DNA of 54,313 nt, filler included, from Sphacelaria rigidula (Eukaryota): the NCBI GenBank assembly GCA_964200075.2. It is 4 parts of 4 records of this genome, joined end to end, with 100 filler letters (N's around TTAATTAATTAA, not from the genome) between each part and the next. Parts side by side here need not be neighbours in the genome. Positions count along the whole stretch, not along the records: positions 40,815 to 54,313 come from CAXNAA020002843.1; 3 more parts are not named here. One strand, given 5' to 3'. Made by a program: the position numbers and the translations under genes. How positions within the stretch are numbered: position 1 is the first letter of the stretch; every line of letters begins with the position of its first letter. Below, one piece after another: positions 45,185 to 54,313 of the stretch. The notes under the pieces are model-generated. The model was not told the origin of the DNA, ran no database searches, and saw only the letters and a list, made by a program, of their open reading frames with translations.

Positions 45185-45589
45185 TGTCCAGGAAGCAAAC
45201 AGTTTACCCATTGAACCAGTGAGCGACAAGAGATATGCTGGGTGGTCTGTCCCGGAATAACACTTGAGTGAACTCCGGAGCTTCCCGTCCCTTGCAAGCC
45301 TCACTGTCCACAACCGATGGCGTCGGGACTCGAACCGTATATCTTTTGTCCGCTCGCTCACTGGTTCAACGGGTAAACTGTTCGCTTCCCGGACAAAAGG
45401 TGTGCGGTCCGAGTCTCGACGCGATCGTTTGTGGAAAAAAAGTTTGACACATCAACAATGAGGCTTGCAAGGGGCGGGGGTCTCCGGAGATCACTTAAGT
45501 GTCATGCCCGGACGGACTACACAGCATATCTCTTGTTCAGGAAGCGAACAGTTACGAGTTCAATGGGTAAACTGTTCACTTCCTGGACA
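45185..45589. mobile_element. Foldback element with TGT...ACA termini and an internal extra TIR copy
   Basis: Termini TGTCCAGGAAGCAAACAGTTTACCCATTGAAC and GTTCAATGGGTAAACTGTTCACTTCCTGGACA; flanks GCGTG and GCGTA. Confidence 0.8.
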
Positions 45590-45938
45590 GCGTACAGGCA
45601 GGGGTAAAAAAAATGAACCAAAACGGAACTGCTGTATCCTCAGCGATTGATGATCGCAGCTGTCTGTCTCGCAGCGGCGCAATGGGTGGGTCAATCAAAG
45701 CTATTTTGCAACTCATATGCAACTCGTTTCTGTCTGCTTGCTCCTTCGTTTCTCTGCCGTTGCTCTATCCCTCCCGGCGCGACTGTTCATTCATGTACTA
45801 TAGTACGTACACTGCAGGCGTGATTCGAGTGTGCCAGCCCACCATAAGCATTTTTCACTACCTAATTCACAAGTCGCATTTCATTGGCGCTAGATTCCGC
45901 CGATTCCTCCAAGGGCAGGTCGAGTGGAGTATACTCAA

Positions 45939-46050
45939 GGTCGCCCCGGTGGCTCAGTTGGTAACCTCGTAACCTTCTGACAGTTCAGTAGTGGGGTTCG
46001 ATTCCCGGAAGGATCTGGGATTTTTTCTTATACCATGCCCAACAGTGGAG
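45939..46050 (+). mobile_element. SINE family 1 head, 3'-truncated
   Basis: A box, B box GGTTCGATTCC, followed by the family body start ACCATGCCCAACAGTGGAG. Confidence 0.8.
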
Positions 46051-48504
46051 CAGTGTTATTCCTTTTCAATATTATGGAGGCGGTGTGTTGATCATATAAA
46101 TAATCCGAAACGGCAACACACTTTGAGACGGCGTGCTCCAAGGCCTAACATATGATGCTGAGGGAGCAGATGATTTTGGGGAAGAAGGCTCCACATCAGC
46201 CCGGATAAGTGGCACTACAGACATCGGGCACGCATATCTCAGCGGGAGGGGGCAAGAAGGTATGTCGCTGCGTGGCTGAGAAGCATTCATTGTTCGATAT
46301 ATGTAGGTCCCGGCTGCGGCGACAATGCAATGCATTGATCGCCGGTGGTCCGCGTACTCTGACTGCGTACCTGTAGTGTACCAGGCAGGCAATGAGTATG
46401 TCAAAGTGTAGGCATATACAGAGAGGGTGCAACGTGTTCGCTGCTGCGCGGTGCGCTGTATCATGCATCGGCGCATGTCGCCATGCTACAGTAATTCATG
46501 TCCACAGTGCACTTGTGATTCCCCGTGTGTGTTTGCTGCGAGTTGAAGACTACCCGAAGTTGACATTGCTCGCTCATGTTGCGCATGACTGCTCTCTGAC
46601 AATACTATAGTTAATGTAGTATAGTCTGCAGGGATGACGTCTTGGTGAATACAATACAGGTTGATTGACGGTATTGTAACACACCCCTCGGAACATATGC
46701 TGTAGTGCTCATATGAGTTAGGGTTGGGTAGCGCGCATCCCACGCCACAACGTGTAGCTCGGCCTGTGCTTTAGTGACACTGGCCCTTATCTCCTGCTGC
46801 ATGCATCACGCGTGAACGGGTGGCCCCATGCGACATCCCGTTTGTAGCAGTGGCCACGAGATGTGGTGAGATGCTCTTCGGGGAGAAGAAGATGTTGCCC
46901 AGCAATTGCACAGCGATCATTGCGGTATCAGCGATTGCACACGAATAGACAGGATGAGGTTAATTTGTGCGATCATATCACTGTGCAGGACGATAGCGGT
47001 CGCCTCAGCGATGTACGAGCGCGTGTGTCACCCCGCCTGTCCTCTGCAGCTGAAATTAGGATATTTATCACTATCTCACGGTGATTAACACCCCCTCATG
47101 AAAACGGTTGGAAGGTTTACGGGCGGGATAGTCCGGACATATAGACACCAGCGCTTCTGTCCTGCGACGGAGTTTGTTCCTTCCAAACATGCACGCATTT
47201 CAGCTCATATCAGCGGGTGCAATCAGTCGTGTGTGTGTGAAGAAAGTGCCAAAACATGAGTCGCAGTCGGGATTCCACGTGCGATGCCGTCGATCAATTT
47301 CGGTTCAGCAGCCATGATTGTGCGGGTGTGCCGCTGTGACAAGGCGGGCCGGATTTGTAGAAGGCTATACTTTGTAAAATACGCCAGTCGCCTTCCTTCA
47401 TTCATTCCACCATTGTTACGTGAATAGGTGTGATGGCAGGGAACAAAAAGGGTGCAAGTACAACTTGGGTAGGATTGAAGCCACCATTGTGAATCACGAT
47501 AGACATTTGCATTGTGCATGACACCCCGCAACATGCAACGTTAGCATCCGCTCCGATTCGTGTAAATATGCTGTATTCCTTTATCAATTGCTGGTGATTG
47601 CGAAGCACCGTGCTCCCCACCAATTGAGATTCCGATAACCGATGTCTAGGGGTCTTGTGGAAAAAATCAATGACAAGGAGTGGACGCGCACAAATGAGGT
47701 CCGAAATGAAATTTGGTGTGGTGGAATCTTCGTAATCCGACAGCGAAATATTCGTTCATTGCGCGGAAATGTTGCTTGTGCCTACCCTAATTGTGTGGCG
47801 TGTGGTAGTTCTCAATAGCTACCTGTCGGCGAAGGAAGTCACCATATTTTGCTCGAGCATGGTATGAGTGCAGCATGCAGCACATGGCAGCCACGTTCTT
47901 TCGAGTTTTCCGCGCGGCAGTAAACGTAACCCGTGCTGTAGGTTCCGTTTACGGTCTGTACCACGCACGACGAGTTCCGCGCGGTAGGGAAAAGTGCAAC
48001 CGGGTATCTTTCGTGGGGCCTGCTGTACGGACTCTGTTGTGCCGAATATGCCGCAGTTATTGCTGCGACCCATGATAATAAATTACTGTTAAAGTTGGTT
48101 GACAGGGTGCGACTCCTGCCTGCATGTTTGACATACCGCCGATGCGGTGATCATGATCTACCCCCCGCGCCGGATCCTACTCATGCTGCTTCTGCTCCCA
48201 CCGTGTACGCCATGGAGCGCAGGTTGGAAGGATTGGAGGGGAGCAACCCTATGCGTCGGCGAAGAGGGGTCGCCAGCTCCAGTAGCAGGAGCGGTACACC
48301 CCCTGCGCACCCGGCTGTATGGCGGCGGATGAGAGGAGAGACGCGGCGCCGTCTAATCGTGATGCCACTTTCGGCGATGAACCATCGCCGGGTATCACAA
48401 GCGACGGCACACCGGTCGCCGGCGAGCGCCCACCGGCGGTGGCCGGCGGCTCCCGCTGACGCAGTCGCCGACAGTCTGCCGCGCGAGGAGGATGTAGCGG
48501 GGAT

Positions 48505-49206
48505 ATGCTGGCAGGATTCCTGTTGGGGGTGCAACGGCCGACGCCATCTACCTCTACAGAAGAACCGCGCGCTGGGCAGGCCGACGTGCATACCCCCGAA
48601 AGGCGGAAATGGGTGTCGGTGTCATGCGGAAAGGCGGTTTGTGGTACCACGGAAGCGTGGCCGACGCCCTGTCCGGTATGTCCTGGTAATCCCGTGCACT
48701 CCGGCGATCTACTGTGTTGCGCGTGCCACTGGCGGCCGCCGGACACACCACGCTTCTACCCACAACTTCGGCATCTTCCCGATGACGAGGCGGTCGCCGA
48801 TGCGGCGGAACTTTGGGATCGGATGTCAGCGACGAGCGCGGCGGCAAAGACGGCAGTTGTGCCGGGTTGGGTGCCGAGCCGCGGGTGTCTGTGTTATGCC
48901 CCCGATTGCTTCTATGCCCTCCGGAGGAGAGAGAAGCTGAAGGAGGAGCGGGCGGCGGCGAAGTGCGTAGCATGCTGCCGGACGCCAAAGACGGAGTTGA
49001 GGAGAGCCGGGAAAACAATTCTACTCATGCAAGAATTACCATGTTGTCGGTGTAACCAGATAGTAGCGCGGCAGACAGTGGAGAGGAGTCTGATGCGGCG
49101 ACCTTACCGGAGCCCGGGGACCTCTGAGCGGACGGCAGCACCCACTTGCAGCGGCATGGTGAGCACTCAATGCTTTCTGTTATTTTTAACACGCACGCGG
49201 AGCTAG
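48505..49206 (+). CDS. Cys-rich ORF of unknown function (possibly an exon or a decayed TE gene)
   Basis: 233-codon GC-rich open frame with CPVC, CCAC, CYAPDC, CVACC and CCRC clusters; possible donor gtgagc at 49159; upstream GC-rich frames are broken. Confidence 0.35.
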   Translation: MLAGFLLGVQRPTPSTSTEEPRAGQADVHTPERRKWVSVSCGKAVCGTTEAWPTPCPVCPGNPVHSGDLLCCACHWRPPDTPRFYPQLRHLPDDEAVADAAELWDRMSATSAAAKTAVVPGWVPSRGCLCYAPDCFYALRRREKLKEERAAAKCVACCRTPKTELRRAGKTILLMQELPCCRCNQIVARQTVERSLMRRPYRSPGTSERTAAPTCSGMVSTQCFLLFLTRTRS

Positions 49207-50673
49207 AACGGCATACACGTACGTGCTGGAAGCGAGATGCCAGAGGACAACCCCAAATGAATGACACGCCGTGTCCGTATCACCGGGGATACAGTAGTCG
49301 GGTGTTGCGTCCTGTGCCCAATCTGCTTCTAGAGATACCGGTCGCCCGCAGTAACGCCGGATGCTGACTAAGCATGTACTCTTTTTGCAATGTAAAGAAA
49401 AAAACCATAGCGGAATGATAACAGTGCCGCTTTTGTTCACGCTATACCTACCAGTAGTATTTCCGCGCATCAGGCGCTTGGCTCCAAACAGTGATCATAG
49501 GCGACATCATGCCCCGGTATCCGTGGGAAGATATGGAACTGAAGTCGTTCATTCACAGACTCCGATACACCTAAGAATAAAGACATACGAGCAGAAAATG
49601 AAATGAAGATGAGAACCGTCAACATCCAGAGGAAGCCGCACCCCCCACGTTCATCCCTCTCACGCAACACAGGCAGTAGATGGCGAATTCTTTTCAGATG
49701 AAATGTGGCGGAATATCAGGAAAGAAAATCATAACTGGCGTCATTGTCAGGCAAGAGTATATGGAAGGCGTACTGAAGTGACGGAAAGTGTCTGGCAGGA
49801 TATGGAGGCTACACAGCAAACCGCACCCGCAACCGAGCACGTTATGAAGGGCGTACCCGGTCCCCTGGTAACGGGACGGGAGGCTGAAAGAACTCTTACA
49901 ACCATCGGATGAGGATATGAAAGTATTCCCGAGTTTTCAGAATTCGTCTGGCACCGTAGATGGTTCCTTCGTTGATTCGATTGTCGCACTTGGAGTAACC
50001 CCCCAGCGATTCGGCGATGGTGACATGATAGACGTGCCCAAGACACAACAGAAGTCAAAACCGAGCCTGAAAACCGTTAGAAACAGAAGAAAAGGGTGGC
50101 AGGAGTAAATAATATACGCAGACGTACAACAAAAAGCAACAGACAGAATAATAAAATGTCGTGAACACCTGGGAGAGTGCCTCTGGTATACAGACCCTAC
50201 AGAAGACAAGATTGGAAAACAGCACGGCAACGACAGGAATCGCGCGCGCAAGTCATGCAAAATCGACGCAGATGAGAGTGTTCACAAAATTCCCCAATGT
50301 CGTGAATATTGCGTCTGGGATGAATCATGTCGGTTGTTGATTATGTCCGTCGGTGACTGATCGGTGCCCACTGGTGTGTATCTGTACCTCCTCTGTTGCC
50401 CTGAATCCCTGGGGCTTTTGCTTTTTTTCATCATACTAATTTAATTTTATCGCCCCTGCTCTTTACTTTCCTCTTCTCTATCTTCTTTTCTGGTTCTAGG
50501 TCGGCCATAAACATCTGTGCTTTGCTTTTCTTGACTTTTTGTTTACAATCGTTAATGATTGAGTGATTGATTGGTTGATCGATTCTCGCACTTCAATCTT
50601 CTGTTCTACTGTCTGTTAGATCTGTTCCTTATTTCCCTCAGCGAGTGTTTCAGCCTCCTGTTTATTGGGTACG

Positions 50674-50743
50674 TCTATCATGACACCACGACTAGATCCC
50701 TCGGGGGTCAGTTGAAGTGCGACAATCAATGAATTAATTAATT
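50674..50743 (+). mobile_element. Retroposon 3' end, second copy
   Basis: TCTATCATGACACCACGACTAGATCCCTCGGGGGTCAGTTGAAGTGCGACAATCAAT. Confidence 0.65.
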
Positions 50744-51841
50744 AGAGCAACTTCATGCTGAAGAATCACCGGAATTAAATACGCCACATCACTGTCGTGC
50801 GCGCTTGTTACTCGGACTGGCGCAGGTATTCACGTCGGACAGGTCTTGAGATTTACCCGATGTCCATGGGATGAAGGGCGCCGCGGGATGGCAGGGCATG
50901 ACATTTGACGGGAGGAAGTGCGGCCGCAGGGACGGGGCAGATGAAGTTATGCTGTAGTAACGCCGGTCTAACGCCGGTCACCCCGTGATTCTGCCGCGCA
51001 AGTCCCAACGTCCGGACCCAGCGGCGACTGTACTTGGCGGCCGTGGTGAATGCGCCACGGCCCACCCGTCATGTGTGATGCCAAGCTAATTGTTGGGTGG
51101 CATCACACATAACGACAAACACCACTTGCGTGGAAGTGTGGAAGCGCCCAAAGTTGCGGGCCGTGCAGTACGACGGCATTTATGCGGGGGCCGGGGCGGG
51201 TAGAGGCGAGAGTCTTGATGTAGCGCGATGTCACCGCCGTGCAGGGGCGTTGTTTGCATCTTTGTGGCGGTGCTGTACGGTAACACTCATTCCAGGTTGT
51301 GTTAGTCACCGAGCGGTACGATGCATGGAAATATTTCGGTGCGTTTTCACGGCACACGGCGGCTGGGATATCATCGCAAGGGACGGGGAGGCACGCAAAA
51401 CCTGTCGAGTTTTGCTATATGTATGCTCGTGCGGTTTGCACGACTTCCTACCGCGAAGCGATCGCGTGCGCCGACGACCTCCTATTTTCGTTTCCTTTTT
51501 GTTGTCGTTGTTTTGATACCACTTTCATTCGGGGGTTTTTTTCTTTCTGTTTTTGTATCGCATCTGTGCGACTTGTTTGTAGCACGATTGGTTATTTTTA
51601 TTTCTTTAGCTCTATATTTGGAATCTTTGCCTTTTACCACGGGAAGCGTCCGCGTAATATGTCCTGTACAAAGCAATGCGGTCGGTGATGTCGGATCGGT
51701 TCAAACTCTTCAGGCAACAATTGCAACGACTACAACGACAAGGTGGGCGCATGGACCGTGCTTTACAGACAATCAACATTCCAATGAGTGCACAAGCACC
51801 CCGGGGGTCATGATAGCGCGAGAGGGCAAGGTCCCCCCCGG

Positions 51842-52097
51842 GAGCAATGCTACGGCAGGAGTGCACTTCTGACGCAAAATCTTGTCTGATCCAGGGGCTC
51901 CGAACGACTCCAGATGCACAATAGTGTGGGTCAGGACATTCTCGTTTGCAAATTCATTCGGGATATTCTCCGCACATCAGAAAAATAAACCTGGCGCACT
52001 CTCACATATTTCATAAGTCGTGTTTGAATTAGATGAAGGCAAGAAAACAGTTTTTGACCTCAGACAAGAAAAGTACACCCCTACCGTAGTATCACCC
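51842..52097. mobile_element. GAG...CTC MITE family (Sola-like), copy 4, TSD CCGG
   Basis: TIRs GAGCAATGCTACGGCAGGAGTGCACTT and AAGTACACCCCTACCGTAGTATCACCC; CCGG at 51838-41 and 52098-101; interior GTTTGCAAATTCATTCGGGATAT shared with copy 1. Confidence 0.85.
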
Positions 52098-53099
52098 CCG
52101 GCCTTCGCAGCTAGTGCCTCGCGGACGTGCACTTATGCTGTGATGAGAAGCGATCCCGAACTGGCCACGAAAATGCCGCGCGTACCTGGTCTGTAACTTG
52201 TTCCATCACATGACGACAAGAATATTAAAGTTCTCCGTATCCCAGCACCGCCGGAATGTGCGGTGAAAAGACTTGTGCGCCGTGTTTGCTTCACATCACC
52301 TGTGGCAGTCGATCACACTGCACGGTGCTGTCACTCGTGCGCCGCGTTTGCTTCAATATCTTACCCAAACTCTAAGCGATAGATACCACAACTACCGTCA
52401 TCGCGGAAGATCCCCTCCACGGTGTTGCAGCGACTGCACGAGGAGTACCGATGGACATTACTGCCGCCAGATATGTTTCTTTATCCACGCTTCCTGTTTA
52501 TACCCGCGGTATTCCGCAGTGCACCCCCCTGGCTTTTGCTCTGGACAAGTGTACTGCATACAGTACGGAAAAAGCGATCGCGATACAAACAACGTACCAT
52601 ACTGTATACAGTACACCTGTTGCGACAGGTGGCTGCCGGGGTGGCGGAAATTGTATACCAGGATTAAATGAAAATTACGTCAAGTCCGCAAAACGCCGAC
52701 GGCGTGCCTGTCAGGGAAACGTCAATATCTTCACGTAGGATCAGTAAGACGCAGAATATCCGATTGATTGCGATAGAAGAAAACTACAAGAACCTCCCCT
52801 ATAATTTTCAGGCCGCCGTGATGAGGAGAACGGTAAGTCTGGCACTGAAAGATGAGAGACGTTGCCCGCTGCCGGAGCAGGTTCGCATTGCTCCTCGGCT
52901 GAACACACTCTCCTCCGTGGCTACTCTGCGCAGCCCCGCCTTGCTCGACACGGCGCCTAAACCCCAACGGCATCGAACTCCAACATGTAGGAAGCTTTCA
53001 CTGTCGAGGAATTCTCGTCTTCGTGCCAGCCTCGACCGACAGGGGGCCGATGTAGACAACAAGGCTGGCAAGATATGCCCCTGGCTCCGCACGGATTTG

Positions 53100-54313
53100 A
53101 TAACATCGCCCTCTAGAACTGTCACAAGAAAGTGTTCTACTTACTTTTCGGAGCAGGTTCAGCATCGTCCAAAATCTTTGTTTCAGGTCACGCCGCGCTT
53201 AAAACGCATTTGATCGCCGCAACTGCCGCGTCGACACATAGCTTCGGCTTCAACCCACACACACATCAACTTTCAGCTTCATCAGACGCCAGGTGTGCGG
53301 TGTTGGGGCGCCTATTTTTCGAAAATACCGCCTCCATATTATGGGAAAGGAATAACACTGTGTACGACGATGGTTGCAATCTATGGATTTGTCCACGGCA
53401 CACAAGACCGGCGTGAAAATGAGGATATTTGCAGTGTGTTCAGCTAACCGCGATCGGCGAATATTGCCTGGGGCAAAATTTCACTTTTTTTTTGTAATGA
53501 GTGGCTTCCGATGAGATAATAATCATCGGAGATCGGAAAGTTGACCATGCATGGCATCGTTTGGCGCGGATGCCAGCACGGTCGTGGTTTTTAGACGCAT
53601 CAGCATCGGCCATTGGCGGTTTGTGCAGAAGCTGAAGTTTGATAACGATGTGATTCGTTGCATGACCAGCGACAGCTCCTTCACGGCCACGAAGTCAACA
53701 AAGAAAATGAAAATCCAACGGAAGTGCTCGAGTGACCCGGAATGGTCATGTCTGAGGGATCGATCGTGGACTTTTCCAGAACAAAAAAACAAGTGAAGAT
53801 GTCAAACATTGCGTCCTGTTAGTGCTAGGGGGAGATTAGAGCTCCGCCGTGTAATACGTCGACAAGTGCGGGGGGGACAAGGAAGTGTTTCAGGAGCAGG
53901 AACTCTCACGCGGTCATTCGGGTACTCGAAGTACCTAGCGCGTGGTATTTCGAAGTCACAAGAGTTCCTGGTGAACCAAACGATGAAGCAAACGGTATTT
54001 CGCGGTGGCCGACAATTTCTATCGCCACCGAGTTGATCGCCTTGCGTCCCGGTGTCCCCCGGCATGGACAGAAAATTGGGGACCAGGGGCACCGGCCTTA
54101 CTGCCACAATTCGGATTTGAAATCCCTACAATACCCATCGCGCAATCGTCTACACAGACTTTCCATAGATACATCGAATCACTCGTACGCTTCCAGCACG
54201 ACATGGGGAACCCGGGTTTCGTGTGCCTAGGGAAGAAAAATACGGAGAATGTGAACGCATTTCGGTCTCAGGCATCTCATGCTTGTTCAGTGTACGGGTC
54301 ACAAGCCAAATCA
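53100..54313 (+). pseudogene. Decayed DIRS/Ngaro-type (tyrosine-recombinase) retrotransposon RT-RNase H remnant
   Basis: In order across frameshifts: SWFLDASASAIGGLC (about 53582), VLE*PGMVMS, LGGD*SSAV*YVDKCGG and WYFEVTRVPGEPNDEANGISRW (about 53943-54008). This is the D-E-D...H/PG..N..AD..SR layout of DIRS-class RNase H. Confidence 0.65.

Noticed and set aside
45939..46010. tRNA gene-like sequence (also at 33514, 40643 and 23110-23179)
   Set aside because: No complete cloverleaf or acceptor stem, and the copies continue into shared repeat bodies, so these are SINE heads.

Overview
Eukaryotic, repeat-rich DNA. The intron style and repeat families suggest a brown alga or related stramenopile (inference). 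The window is not one locus: it is four contigs of 13506, 13504, 13504 and 13499 bp joined by identical artificial 100-bp linkers (N44-TTAATTAATTAA-N44), apparently in size order. Contig 1 (1-13506) holds a decayed Ty3/Gypsy retrotransposon (PR-RT-RNaseH-IN plus a chromodomain and an extra Tudor-like tail) with nested MITE insertions. Contig 2 (13607-27110) holds the 3' half of a four-domain voltage-gated Ca2+-type channel gene on the minus strand: 12-13 phase-compatible exons, pore loops TLDGW (III) and TGEAW (IV), an EF-hand and an IQ motif, with SINEs in the introns. Contig 3 (27211-40714) holds a partial plus-strand gene with PWWP-like and stramenopile-type W/GW/YxxP/DFF motifs, plus many MITEs and SINEs. 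Contig 4 (40815-54313) holds large foldback elements, a Cys-rich ORF of unknown function and a decayed DIRS/Ngaro-type RNase H. No CRISPR array, rRNA or intact tRNA gene was found. The most interesting signals are a GAG...CTC MITE family with 4-bp TSDs that often nests into other repeats, two MITEs stacked at the centre of a small palindrome, and the chromo+Tudor-like integrase tail.
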